Source of the DNA: a virus
Length of the DNA stretch: 64,000 nt
Direction: 5' to 3' (one strand)
IMG/VR virus record: IMGVR_UViG_3300042924_003416
Span: 21,774 to 85,773 of that record
Part shown: positions 50,111 through 60,253 of the stretch, one piece after another
Numbering within the stretch: the stretch's first letter is position 1
How the letters are laid out: each line of letters opens with the position of its first letter
The notes under the pieces: model-generated
Database searches by the model: none
Told to the model about the DNA's origin: nothing
What the model saw: only the letters and a program-made list of their open reading frames with translations
Made by a program: the position numbers and the translations under genes

Positions 50111-51482
50111 CGTCATCTTTTGTTTGTGTTGTTTGATTATTATTTGACTCTTCTTCAGCAAGTTTACTTATTATCTCTCCTAGAGCATAGTCTTCTGCTT
50201 CAGTAAAGACAGATTCATTTTCAGGAAACTCTTTTTCTTCTTCTAATTCTATTAACTCTGACTTAAGTTCATTTCTTTCAATTCTAGTAAATGCATCTTC
50301 TATGTCTTTATCAGAAATTTCAATGTCATCTGCAACCCCCGCAACCCCTGGAGAGTTATTATCAAAAGAATTAAGATCAGCAAGGTCTCCATGTATTTCA
50401 GATACCTCTACACCACCTTCAGGAACAAAATCTGGGAGCTCTTCATAAACATAGTTAGTATTTAGTAACTGCAGAGTTTCTTCATTGACAGTTATACTTT
50501 TTACTTTGAAGAATGTGCTGTCTCCTCTTCTACCAAGTTCATCAGAATAATGCAACATAAGAATATCTATTTTATCTGTATCAAGGACATCTTTGTTAAT
50601 AAGAGACTGCATAATATTATCCACACTTGTATCCATGTTGGTTTTACATTTACCTAGATAACTAAGTAAAGACTTGAAATTCACATGGTTCTTAGTATGA
50701 CAGTTATACATTTTGCCAGCATGATCTTTAAATAACATTTCAAGATACAATAAGCTATCTATATAATTACAATTAGCCATAATCTCCATTGCAAGTACAT
50801 GATTGTCTCCATCTGAGCTCTTAAACATGTCAGAAATCTGATTGAACATAGTTGCATCTATAGTAGCAGCATCTTCACCATTAATATGTTTAATTAACTT
50901 ACTCTCATCGTAAACATCCATGGTTAAGATATCTGGGAATAAATCTATATGGTCATCATCTACTGAATAATATGCACTAGAGTGTCTAGAAATACTATTA
51001 TAAGTGTATCTTTTTACAAATGCTAATTCTGAATTTCTAAGTTGACCAGCTGCAGAATAATCTATAATAACTACATCTTCAGTATAAAACTCTAAAGCTT
51101 GTGTAAGATTTTCTTTATAATAGTCATCCATAGCTAGTTCAGGGTCTAGAAGAATAGCTCTAACAGCTGAAGTTTGTATAGAATAATACCAAGCTCCACT
51201 TGTAATCTTATCTTTAGTGTTCTTACCAGCAAAGATATGTGTAGCATCATTTATATTTCTGACAGTTTTAATACCATGTTGCAAAGACAAGTCTTTTAGT
51301 TTTACTCTAGGAATATTAACCCCGGGTAGAAAATAAAGTTTATCTCCTTTTGAAGGGGTATAATCTTTATCAGTTACAGTTACTATGTTTGTACTACTGT
51401 CAGCACAATATAAAGGTTCAACCTTTATGATTAGCTCATTATGCATTGCATCTACTTCATAAATATGTAAGTATGTTTTCAT
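50091..51482 (-). CDS. Hypothetical protein with possible BRCT-like N-terminal region and acidic tail
   Basis: KLYFLPGVNIPRVKLK...GIKTVRNINDATHIF resembles BRCT beta1-alpha1-beta2-beta3; acidic tail ending in EWF. Confidence 0.55.
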   Translation of the reverse strand: MKTYLHIYEVDAMHNELIIKVEPLYCADSSTNIVTVTDKDYTPSKGDKLYFLPGVNIPRVKLKDLSLQHGIKTVRNINDATHIFAGKNTKDKITSGAWYYSIQTSAVRAILLDPELAMDDYYKENLTQALEFYTEDVVIIDYSAAGQLRNSELAFVKRYTYNSISRHSSAYYSVDDDHIDLFPDILTMDVYDESKLIKHINGEDAATIDATMFNQISDMFKSSDGDNHVLAMEIMANCNYIDSLLYLEMLFKDHAGKMYNCHTKNHVNFKSLLSYLGKCKTNMDTSVDNIMQSLINKDVLDTDKIDILMLHYSDELGRRGDSTFFKVKSITVNEETLQLLNTNYVYEELPDFVPEGGVEVSEIHGDLADLNSFDNNSPGVAGVADDIEISDKDIEDAFTRIERNELKSELIELEEEKEFPENESVFTEAEDYALGEIISKLAEEESNNNQTTQTKDDDGFEWF

Positions 51483-51498
51483 TTTTTTAAGTTTAATA

Positions 51499-51520
51499 AA
51501 GGGGAGTTTTACCTCCCCTT
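51499..51520. terminator. Hairpin between the AAA gene and the downstream gene
   Basis: AAGGGGAG-TTTTAC-CTCCCCTT. Confidence 0.5.
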
Positions 51521-51576
51521 ATCATTGTTTTTAATTAGACTAGTGGTTTATTAAAGGGGAAACCTTCTACGTTGAC

Positions 51577-52746
51577 TTATTTTACAGCCATCTTCACCAC
51601 GTCCTGATTCATCATCAGTTGTGAGAACTTAACTTTGTTACCGTTGACAATCTCTTTAACCATATAATATCTAAGGTCATCAGTAAATGCATCACAGTCA
51701 GTAGTAAGTTTAGCTATCCTGTCAATGATTGGTTTACCTATTGAACCTTTGTCAGCCAAAGCAAGAGAATAGTTAATTACCCTAGTTGCAATAACACTAG
51801 AGATATCAGCACGGAAGTCATCATCCTTCCCTACTGCATTAGTAAGAGAGTTCATAACATACTGCTCATCTTTAGTTAGGATGTCAACTGGACTGATAAT
51901 TCTATCTAACTTGTTATTAATAAACATAGTAAACATTGAACTAAAGTCTACACCTACAGAACCCTCACCAATCATTTGGATTAGTGGTAAACTATCTTCA
52001 AACTTAGGTACAGAACTAATAGCATTAAAGAAAGTAGTAATAGCTCTTGGATTAACTCTTTGAGTTACCAATTCTGGGTGCATCAACATGAAGTTAATAC
52101 ATCTACCATCTATGTTTGCTTTCTCTGCCCACTTAGCCCATACATCAGAATCATACTTTAACTCAACAGAGATAAATCTAGTCTTCTGAGCAACATCTAG
52201 ACTAGTTACATTATAGTCACCATTGTCTGGATTAGTAGTCAAGATAACATGCCAGTTCTTTGGTAGTTTCCAAGATACATATTCTTGTCTATCTAGAATC
52301 TCCATAGTTGCTTGCATAAATCTTGCATCAGCACGAGTATAGTCATCCAAGATTAGGAAACCACCCTCACCTTTACCTTGAATCCACTCAGGAGCAGCAT
52401 GAGACATTCTCTTTCCAACAACTTTGTACCCTTTTGCACTAGCTGCATTTATCTGAGATTCATTAATCCAGGTCTTCTTACCTTCAGCATTTTGTATTTC
52501 AAATTCTTTTACAGGAAAACCTACTAAGTCACCTAATTCTTCTAACTGAGATAAATTAAGCTTAACTACATCCATTTTTAATTCTTTACCCAACTGCATG
52601 ATTGCAGAAGTTTTACCCAAACCAGCATCACCCTCAATGTTTACAGCTACAGGTACTTTACCTTCAGCTTGGATATGTTGGTTATTACTAACCATATGTT
52701 TAATAAAATCTTTTAACTCGTTTACGTTTAATTGTACTTGATTCAT
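51577..52746 (-). CDS. MoxR-like AAA+ ATPase
   Basis: Walker A GDAGLGKT, Walker B LILDD, sensor TTNP, arginine finger KTRF. Confidence 0.85.
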   Translation of the reverse strand: MNQVQLNVNELKDFIKHMVSNNQHIQAEGKVPVAVNIEGDAGLGKTSAIMQLGKELKMDVVKLNLSQLEELGDLVGFPVKEFEIQNAEGKKTWINESQINAASAKGYKVVGKRMSHAAPEWIQGKGEGGFLILDDYTRADARFMQATMEILDRQEYVSWKLPKNWHVILTTNPDNGDYNVTSLDVAQKTRFISVELKYDSDVWAKWAEKANIDGRCINFMLMHPELVTQRVNPRAITTFFNAISSVPKFEDSLPLIQMIGEGSVGVDFSSMFTMFINNKLDRIISPVDILTKDEQYVMNSLTNAVGKDDDFRADISSVIATRVINYSLALADKGSIGKPIIDRIAKLTTDCDAFTDDLRYYMVKEIVNGNKVKFSQLMMNQDVVKMAVK

Positions 52747-52757
52747 AACACTAATTT

Positions 52758-53939
52758 TTATAATTCTAATTTAATAACTTTACCCGGTAATTGTGTATTC
52801 ATATAAGACTGTTCTGACAAAACCCATAGAGTATTACCTCTAGGTTTTACAGAGTAACCACATTCACCATCAGTAAAATACACCAGGCTTGTATATTTCT
52901 TCAGGTTGGCATTAAAATATTCCAGGACGGGATCAAACTCAGTCCCACCTCTACCTTGTACACCCATCTCAAATTTACCTTTGTAAGGTTCAATAGATCT
53001 AATAACAGTATCACACTGTACTACAGTAATATCAACACCACATTTGTAAATATGGTAGATTTCACTCATAAATTCTTGTAACTCAGAATCACTTACAGAT
53101 CCTGAAGTATCAATAGCTAGCAACATGTGCTGTCTCATTTTTACTTTTAGACCAGGATTAGCATCAAATCTACGGTTCTCTTTTCTCCTGATTTTCTTAG
53201 TAAATACCTTAGTACTTACACCAGTAAATCTTCTAATGTAACCTCTCCAATTAAACTTAGGTTTTACAACTTCTTCAATGATAATTACTCCTTCAATTTC
53301 TCCAGGAATAGTACCACGTTTCTTTTCAGTTTGTTCCTTAGCATCACCAAGAACTTTTTGTAATTGTTTATCAATTAACTTCTGTTCTGCCTCAGTCATA
53401 TCTTCAAACTCTTCCCAGGTAGCATGTTCATCTAACTCACCATTTGCCATAGCATCTAGTAACTGATCCATAGGAGCATTACCACAACTACCTTTTTGAT
53501 TTTTCTCATCTTGTAGTTGTTTTAGCTTGTCATAGTAATATCTACAACCAGCTTTTCTATCAAGATTTAAGTCAGCATAATTATCTATATCAATACCACC
53601 TTCAGGTAGCCATTCTTTAGATATATACTGATTGATCTCCATATCCATTGCAACATTTGCAAGTTTTCTATCACTAAACTTAAAGAAAGTAGTGAGATGT
53701 CCAAATGCAATATGTAGCAATTCATGTTTAAGTAAACCAAGCTTGTGGTCATCACTAAGAGATTCCCAAAACTCAGGATTAATAGCAAGCTGATAATTAA
53801 TATTATTCTTACTTACACCTGCTGTAGGAACCTTTTGACCCCAGACTTTATTTAGAGCAATAAGAAAGAACCCATAAAAGGGCTCTTTCAGCATCAACTC
53901 TTTTGCAATTTTACTAAGACTCTGTTGTTTGTCCATCAT
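52758..53939 (-). CDS. DUF2201-type metallopeptidase-like plus vWA domain protein
   Basis: HELLH...NVAMDMEINQ; MIDAS IDTSGS, GRGGT, YFTDG. Confidence 0.85.
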   Translation of the reverse strand: MMDKQQSLSKIAKELMLKEPFYGFFLIALNKVWGQKVPTAGVSKNNINYQLAINPEFWESLSDDHKLGLLKHELLHIAFGHLTTFFKFSDRKLANVAMDMEINQYISKEWLPEGGIDIDNYADLNLDRKAGCRYYYDKLKQLQDEKNQKGSCGNAPMDQLLDAMANGELDEHATWEEFEDMTEAEQKLIDKQLQKVLGDAKEQTEKKRGTIPGEIEGVIIIEEVVKPKFNWRGYIRRFTGVSTKVFTKKIRRKENRRFDANPGLKVKMRQHMLLAIDTSGSVSDSELQEFMSEIYHIYKCGVDITVVQCDTVIRSIEPYKGKFEMGVQGRGGTEFDPVLEYFNANLKKYTSLVYFTDGECGYSVKPRGNTLWVLSEQSYMNTQLPGKVIKLEL

Positions 53940-54333
53940 CTTTAAATTTAATATCAATTTCAAATTTGTCAGTAGGATAGCCAATAGACTCTAACATCCT
54001 TGACATATCCCTAATAAAGAATTCCATAAATAGCTCAACCGAAGCTTTAGAACCTTTGTGTTTTGTAATCAGACTTAAAGTCTTAGGACTACTAAGTGGT
54101 ACTTCACTTACAAATGTATTTTGGAGTCTCATTGCTATTTTATTACAGTTTGCTAACCAATTACTCATACTATGCCCACTAAACTTATAGAGAACTAATA
54201 GTTCTCCTATATACTTATTATAATCAACATTCTTCAAGGATTCAAATGCTATAAGATGATTATCTGCATCTTCAGATTGTAACATCATAAGTAAGTTCCT
54301 TGTTTCTTCTTTACTAAAAATCATCTTTGCCAT
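53914..54333 (-). CDS. Hypothetical protein
   Basis: 139-aa ORF overlapping its neighbours. Confidence 0.6.
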   Translation of the reverse strand: MAKMIFSKEETRNLLMMLQSEDADNHLIAFESLKNVDYNKYIGELLVLYKFSGHSMSNWLANCNKIAMRLQNTFVSEVPLSSPKTLSLITKHKGSKASVELFMEFFIRDMSRMLESIGYPTDKFEIDIKFKDDGQTTES

Positions 54334-54680
54334 CAGTCTTCAATTTTTAATGTTTTTATTGCCCACATATGTGGTTTACCAGATTCAATCATATCTACCC
54401 ACTCTTTTGCAGTAGGGATGTAATTATTACAATCTTCCTTGACATGCTGCTCACCAACATATCTTACATATACATCTTTGCCATCAGAGTTGGTAATTAC
54501 CATACCAAATCTTTGCTCACATTCAAATATACCTTCACTATGATGTCTAAACATTCTATGCATACTATGACCTACCCAGGCCTTAGTTTCATCAAACCAG
54601 TTATGTATTGCTAGGTAATCCACAGGAGAACCACCAAACTTCTTAGCTGATGATTTTGCATGTTGCCAAGGATGTGCCAT
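54333..54680 (-). CDS. DUF6915-like His-rich protein
   Basis: MAHPWQHAKSSAKKFGG...HNWFD...HRMFRHHSEG...GEQHVKED. Confidence 0.7.
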   Translation of the reverse strand: MAHPWQHAKSSAKKFGGSPVDYLAIHNWFDETKAWVGHSMHRMFRHHSEGIFECEQRFGMVITNSDGKDVYVRYVGEQHVKEDCNNYIPTAKEWVDMIESGKPHMWAIKTLKIED

Positions 54681-55087
54681 TAGTCTTCTTCTGCTTTATC
54701 TAGAATACTACCATCATGAAAATGAGTCTCATGGTCAGTAATTCTAATATTATTATTAATAATATACTTACCTGAAGGAACACAAATACATAACTCTCCC
54801 CAACCACCTTCATTATTCCACCAGTCTTCTATGTCATCAAGAAGTTTGTTTTCTGCAAATGTTTCAAGCTCCATAAAAAGATCATGATCAATATTTAACA
54901 ATTTTGAATCTTCTTCCCAATCTTCTACATTATCACTTACATCTTCTGGAGTTTCACAAGGTTTCTTTGTATAACCTATCCATTCTATGGCTCCTGAGTC
55001 TCCTCCACCATCATATTTTACTTTAACACCTGTAATACCAAAATCAGCCAACCTAAATAGGAGGCTTGTTAATTCTAATTCTGTCAT
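54680..55087 (-). CDS. DUF6878-like protein
   Basis: YDGGGDSG...WWNNEGGWG motifs. Confidence 0.65.
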   Translation of the reverse strand: MTELELTSLLFRLADFGITGVKVKYDGGGDSGAIEWIGYTKKPCETPEDVSDNVEDWEEDSKLLNIDHDLFMELETFAENKLLDDIEDWWNNEGGWGELCICVPSGKYIINNNIRITDHETHFHDGSILDKAEED

Positions 55088-55094
55088 AATTATT

Positions 55095-55520
55095 TTATTT
55101 TACCTTAAAGAAGCGGCCCAGTATATTACCATTCAAATACTCATCTTTTTCAAGAACCTCTCTTAAAAACTGATACTTAGTTTCAAAATATGTGAGTTCC
55201 ATTTTAGAAAAACATATCTTAACTATATACCTTTTAATTGGTATACCAGCTTTGTGAGCTTCTTTAAGAACTGCATTACTACTATAGTAGTTTTGGTAAC
55301 TAGCCTTAGAAACAGTCTCATATTTCTTGTTTCTTTTATCAGTCATCTGAGCAACAGCTCTTTTACCAAACTTCTTCTTTGTAGTAGAGTAAAAATTCTT
55401 CTTACCTACATACCTTACAGACTTACCATCAATAATGGCTTCCATCTCATACACAAATCCTACAGCTCCTTCAGGAATCATACTGTTAGTAAACTCTCTA
55501 CCTTGATACATCCAGCTCAT
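55095..55520 (-). CDS. GIY-YIG-like endonuclease
   Basis: GFVY...YVGKK...YYSSN...TYFETKYQF...LNGNI. Confidence 0.65.
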   Translation of the reverse strand: MSWMYQGREFTNSMIPEGAVGFVYEMEAIIDGKSVRYVGKKNFYSTTKKKFGKRAVAQMTDKRNKKYETVSKASYQNYYSSNAVLKEAHKAGIPIKRYIVKICFSKMELTYFETKYQFLREVLEKDEYLNGNILGRFFKVK

Positions 55521-56497
55521 AATGCTTGTTTTAATAGTGGAAATAATTTATCTCTGACAGCTTCAATACCATGATCTCTAACTGAATCTGATAAATCTTT
55601 AGACATATCCAAATTTACATAATTAAAACCATATTTCTTTTTATACTTATCAGCAGACTTTAGTCCCGGCTCATCATTATCAAACAATACAATAATCTTT
55701 TGATACTTATCTAGGAGTGGTCTCATAAAATTTTCTGGTATTACACTATTCTCACTGTCTGGAGAAATAGATTCAATACCACTAATTCCCAATCTTTTAA
55801 AACACATCAAGTCCTTTAGAGAAGAAGTGATTATCAGATACTTAGACTTATACTCAAGTTGATCAGAACCTTGTATGTAATCATGTACTTTAATAAACTT
55901 GTTGTCTTTGTTTTTTGGAGTATAGATCTTATACAGTGTACCATCTTCCCGAAAATAACCATAGATAAAGTTACCTTTGATGTGTACAGTATCTAGTATA
56001 CGTCCTTCATCATCTTCCTTAATCATAGTATAAAAAGACAGTGGATAAACATTATGACCCTCTAGCAAAGTAGAAGATAATTTAAAACCTTTCCAATAAG
56101 CTTGATCTAATGTATTCCAGTGTCTCATCTCATAATCAGAAACTACATATTTGTTATGTGGTTTATATGTAATAGGAACATAAGTATTATTAGAAATATA
56201 AATAGCATAGTCTTCCATTATTCTAAAAGAAGCTTTACCTCTACTTTCTAGATTATACAAATGCATTACAAGATTAAGTCCATCACCACCATAGCCTGAA
56301 GAAAAATCTTTAAACTTGTAGTGACCCTTACTATCTGTATAAATACACATAGAAGGAACTTTGTCTCTTGAACTAAATATAGATTTGATTTTTAGACTTT
56401 GACCGGATAGTCTTTCAGTCAGTTTAAGATAGTGTTCAAATACCCATTCTCTAGGTACATCATTTAAATCAGAAATTATTGTTGTAGTTGAAATCAT
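55517..56497 (-). CDS. DNA primase (Toprim)
   Basis: ITSSLKDLM, LFDNDEPG and KDLSD motifs; N-terminal PSM...FKDFSSG.GGD. Confidence 0.85.
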   Translation of the reverse strand: MISTTTIISDLNDVPREWVFEHYLKLTERLSGQSLKIKSIFSSRDKVPSMCIYTDSKGHYKFKDFSSGYGGDGLNLVMHLYNLESRGKASFRIMEDYAIYISNNTYVPITYKPHNKYVVSDYEMRHWNTLDQAYWKGFKLSSTLLEGHNVYPLSFYTMIKEDDEGRILDTVHIKGNFIYGYFREDGTLYKIYTPKNKDNKFIKVHDYIQGSDQLEYKSKYLIITSSLKDLMCFKRLGISGIESISPDSENSVIPENFMRPLLDKYQKIIVLFDNDEPGLKSADKYKKKYGFNYVNLDMSKDLSDSVRDHGIEAVRDKLFPLLKQAL

Positions 56498-56515
56498 ATT
56501 CTAAAATTTAAAATA

Positions 56516-56541
56516 AGGGGGAACCCCTGTTGATTCCCCCT
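56516..56541. terminator. Hairpin downstream of the SSB-like gene
   Basis: AGGGGGAA...TTCCCCCT inverted repeat. Confidence 0.45.
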
Positions 56542-56550
56542 AACTATTTT

Positions 56551-57234
56551 TTAGTCTAGAGAGAAATCAGTAGAAGGTTTATTTGATTTAAAAACATCCT
56601 CATCATCACCAAATTTAGAAATCTCAGTATTCTCAAGTTTCTTCAAATGAAGTTTTTCATCATATCTAATTACTTTACCTTCTTCTACTTCACCAAATGC
56701 ATACTTACCTTTTTCTGCTTTTGGCAACCACATGTCATAATTAGTATAACCAGTTTTACCCACATATTCTTTACCTGCAATACAGAATTCCAAATAAATA
56801 TCTCTAATAGGAGCAGATGCATTAAATGATTCTACAAAGTCTTCAATAGTATCATGTTTGTTATGTTGAGCTTGCATCCAATCATTAACACCCATAGTCT
56901 TACAAAGATTCTGTAAGAATATCAAAATAGATCTATCTCTTTGAATTTTAATACCAGATTTAGTTTCACCATCTGCAAATGCATACTGAGAAGCTTTAAT
57001 TTTACCAATCTGACCTTTAAAGTGTCCTTTCTCAGGATTATCTTTATCAAGAGCAAAACCTTCAAAACCTGGAATAGGTTCAGTTTCCACGTGCAATACT
57101 AAATGATATGCACCTGGAATAAATTTAAACTCCTCCAGTTCTACGTTGTTGATTTTTAATACTTTGTTACCTGGACTAATTGTTTTTGGTAGGCCGGATC
57201 CACCGGTACCAAGATCTTCTGTACTTAAAGCCAT
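56551..57234 (-). CDS. Putative ssDNA-binding protein
   Basis: Lies between the Sak4-like ATPase and primase; beta-rich; acidic C-terminus. Confidence 0.45.
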   Translation of the reverse strand: MALSTEDLGTGGSGLPKTISPGNKVLKINNVELEEFKFIPGAYHLVLHVETEPIPGFEGFALDKDNPEKGHFKGQIGKIKASQYAFADGETKSGIKIQRDRSILIFLQNLCKTMGVNDWMQAQHNKHDTIEDFVESFNASAPIRDIYLEFCIAGKEYVGKTGYTNYDMWLPKAEKGKYAFGEVEEGKVIRYDEKLHLKKLENTEISKFGDDEDVFKSNKPSTDFSLD

Positions 57235-57257
57235 TTTACTTTACTTTTTTTTAATTA

Positions 57258-57977
57258 TTAAACAAAAACTTTTTCCCATGATGTCTTTAAAACACCATCA
57301 ATCATCTCAGAAATTACTATTTCTTCATTACGTAAATGCTCTGGTCTTGCACCACAAGTAACTTCTTCATTAGTCTTAAAAGACAAAATGGTCTTGTTAC
57401 CCTTACGGTACATATATCCAATAGCATCTGCATTTGCACAAATTAAAGATTTAATCTTACCTGTCAAGTCTATATTTGCAGACATGACCATCTCTCCCTT
57501 ATCATCAACTACCTTGTCTTTAATATGACCAGATAGGATAATTGTGGGTGCTAAGGTATCAATAAAATCTAAAACTTGAAAGAATGCTTGACGGATATAT
57601 AAATATCCGGCACCATTTGGTAGTGTAGTTACATTATCTCCATCATAGTTTTTACCCATTGATGTACCTCTGTAAAGTTTAATTGCAAGTGGCATAATCA
57701 TATCCTCTAATGCAGTTACAGTATCAATAGTAATAAACTTATATGGATTACCTGCAGCTTTAATTGCTTTACCAGTATCCAATAGTTCTTGTAAACTACC
57801 AATTTTTACTTTAAGAGCTTCAACATAATCAGCACCATTTTCCAAGTCAAGAATTAAATTGTCTTCTAAACCTGCATAAGCTGTTGTTTTACCAGTCTTA
57901 GGTTTAGAATAAATCACAATCCTTTTAGGATTTTGTCTTTCAGCTTTTACTTTCTTAGTTGGAAGTACTATACTCAT
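57258..57977 (-). CDS. AAA_24/Sak4-like ATPase (ssDNA-annealing recombinase family)
   Basis: YSKPKTGKT, LDLENG, TIDTVT, ILSGH, ADAIGY. Confidence 0.8.
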   Translation of the reverse strand: MSIVLPTKKVKAERQNPKRIVIYSKPKTGKTTAYAGLEDNLILDLENGADYVEALKVKIGSLQELLDTGKAIKAAGNPYKFITIDTVTALEDMIMPLAIKLYRGTSMGKNYDGDNVTTLPNGAGYLYIRQAFFQVLDFIDTLAPTIILSGHIKDKVVDDKGEMVMSANIDLTGKIKSLICANADAIGYMYRKGNKTILSFKTNEEVTCGARPEHLRNEEIVISEMIDGVLKTSWEKVFV

Positions 57978-58633
57978 ATATCACTTTTTGTTTGTTTAAT
58001 CAGATCATTCAACCAAGGTCTAGCACTAACAGGTTTTAGTAACATAATTGCTGCTAAATCTCTGATAGTAATTTCTGACAATGGTGCATCAGCAATTTCT
58101 TCATTAAAAATCTCTGCTTCTACTTTAGGAGCAAATTCTTGCTCAAAATCTGGAAACAAACTTAATGACTTCTGTAACTGTGGTACTTCAAGTTTAGCTT
58201 CTTCTTTTCTCTTTTCATAAAGAGAATAACTAATCTCTTGTCCACTAGGTAGTACAGCAACCATCTCACCTAAAGAAACTAGATATTTTCTATCTACTTT
58301 ACCGTCAGCATCAACTGTTTCTGTAACATCATACTCCTCATTGTAAAAAGGATTAAACTTAAGTTTAAACAACTGTCTGTCTTCAATACCTGGTACAATG
58401 TCTGTATTCTTTCCTGCTCCATCATACACGTTTTCGTAGAACTCAATATAGATGTCTTCTCCTTTCTTCAATTCCCATTCAAAGAACTGACATTGTTTTC
58501 CAAACTTACCTTTCTTAAAGAAAGCAGTTTTAATAGTAAAAAATGGATCTGCTAATCCAATTGCTTTGAAAGTGTCCATATGCTGCATATAGAACTCTCT
58601 TTCTTTTTCTTTTCTTAAATTGTTGTTATTCAT
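57974..58633 (-). CDS. Hypothetical protein
   Basis: 219-aa ORF in the replication operon. Confidence 0.65.
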   Translation of the reverse strand: MNNNNLRKEKEREFYMQHMDTFKAIGLADPFFTIKTAFFKKGKFGKQCQFFEWELKKGEDIYIEFYENVYDGAGKNTDIVPGIEDRQLFKLKFNPFYNEEYDVTETVDADGKVDRKYLVSLGEMVAVLPSGQEISYSLYEKRKEEAKLEVPQLQKSLSLFPDFEQEFAPKVEAEIFNEEIADAPLSEITIRDLAAIMLLKPVSARPWLNDLIKQTKSDI

Positions 58634-58638
58634 GTTAA

Positions 58639-59646
58639 TTAATTTACTTGGATTTTTGCTGTGGTTTCCCTAGCAGGTGTTGGTATTTCTACTATTCTCA
58701 TAGTAGCTCTATCTAATTTAAAGAAACTGATTCTGGTCATACCATTACGTGACTTCAGGAAGTGGAACACTAATGTATCCGGATCTTCAATTAGGAACTT
58801 CTCAGGACCATATTTCTGTATTTTTCTAATAGAGGGTTTATTAATACCAATAACTACATCAGCATGTTGTAATAAAGCATCAGAACCATAAATGTCAGAA
58901 TCTAATACATAATTGCCATAGTTGGCTTCTACTTGTCTTTTAACATCATCTATGTTTCTATTCAACTGACTTAGGACAACAAATGCTACGGGATAATTCT
59001 TCTTCATATAGGTCAAGGCTTCACCTAATGCACCTAGCATATCAAACTTGTCTTTCTGTCCAACATCATTTTTGAATAGAGCAGAGTGATCTATTGTAAC
59101 AAGCATGTTTGGATAAGTACCATCTTCATTCTTGTATCTTTCCAATTCATAATGAATTGTAGCACACATTTCATTGACAGTACACGTATCGTAGATGACA
59201 TTAATTAAATCATTATTTATTGTTGATTTGTAGTATTCTACACACTTCTCAAATAATTTTTTGTCAACTAACTTTCCATCCTTACTCATTAATGTATTGT
59301 AATCAGCACCTGTAATCAGACCAAACTTTCTAATTGCACTAGTTTCATCAACCATTTCCATTTGAAATTTAAGTACTCTAAATTTCTGATCTGGATTCTT
59401 TTCTATAATATCAGAAACCACCTGTTCCATAAACAGGGTCTTACCTGTACCAGGTCGTGCACCTACAACTGTTATAGTTCTCCACTCAAGTCCATCACAA
59501 AAGGCATCATTAAATTTAGGCCATGCAGTTATTAATGCAGGTATTTTACCTTCTCTCTTTGCCTTCATTTTAACAAGACCTTTTTCAAGACTGTTTCTTT
59601 CACTAACTGGTAACAGATGTCGTGCACCATTAAATAGTTTTCCCAT
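58639..59646 (-). CDS. dnaB: DnaB-like replicative helicase (RecA-fold domain only)
   Basis: GARPGTGKT, FQMEM, IDH, LSQLNR, ADVV, KSRNG. Confidence 0.88.
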   Translation of the reverse strand: MGKLFNGARHLLPVSERNSLEKGLVKMKAKREGKIPALITAWPKFNDAFCDGLEWRTITVVGARPGTGKTLFMEQVVSDIIEKNPDQKFRVLKFQMEMVDETSAIRKFGLITGADYNTLMSKDGKLVDKKLFEKCVEYYKSTINNDLINVIYDTCTVNEMCATIHYELERYKNEDGTYPNMLVTIDHSALFKNDVGQKDKFDMLGALGEALTYMKKNYPVAFVVLSQLNRNIDDVKRQVEANYGNYVLDSDIYGSDALLQHADVVIGINKPSIRKIQKYGPEKFLIEDPDTLVFHFLKSRNGMTRISFFKLDRATMRIVEIPTPARETTAKIQVN

Positions 59647-59664
59647 AAACTTTTAAAATTTAAA

Positions 59665-60252
59665 TTATACAATTAAGTCACTAAATACATTTTTATCTTC
59701 ATCAGGATTATCATTTAGATATTCACAATAAGTTGCTAAGTCAGAATCCCAACTTTTGTCTACATTTTGTTTTCTCAAAAAGTATTGAGAGTTTCTCATG
59801 TATTCATAGTTTTTAGATTCATATTCTAGTACATACTTTTGTGTTGCTAAAAATATAGTTTCCCAATCATAATTGAAGTTATCAAAGAACCATCTAAATG
59901 CATTCTCAAGATTTTTGGCTGGAACTCTTGCATATTTTCCAGAGGATAGTTTCTTATTAGGAAATATTTTTACATATGCCTCTATGTTCTGCATGAAATT
60001 CTGCCCCATTAAATCTTTAGAAGTTTTCTTCTTGGATTTCTTAAAATATCCATCAATTTCTGCCATAAAGATAATGCTTTTATCTGTCAATTCCAAGGAT
60101 TCTGACAGCCAGTGATTCATATGCAGTCTTTTGCACTCAAGTGCTTTATTAATTGAATTGTGAGGTACTATTTTTTCTTTAATACAGTACAAAACATAGA
60201 ATGAATTTGGTGTCAAATCATTCTGAATTAGTTTAGTGAAGATTTCTATCAT
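59665..60252 (-). CDS. Hypothetical replication-associated protein
   Basis: Directly upstream of the helicase; FP...KYV...YMRNSQYFL pattern. Confidence 0.55.
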   Translation of the reverse strand: MIEIFTKLIQNDLTPNSFYVLYCIKEKIVPHNSINKALECKRLHMNHWLSESLELTDKSIIFMAEIDGYFKKSKKKTSKDLMGQNFMQNIEAYVKIFPNKKLSSGKYARVPAKNLENAFRWFFDNFNYDWETIFLATQKYVLEYESKNYEYMRNSQYFLRKQNVDKSWDSDLATYCEYLNDNPDEDKNVFSDLIV

Positions 60253-60253
60253 T

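Noticed and set aside
43827-60115. Short shadow ORFs over the - strand module (e.g. 44404, 46609, 57933, 58661, 59873) and 43827..44018(-)
   Set aside because: They overlap well-supported genes or the terminator on the opposite strand or frame.
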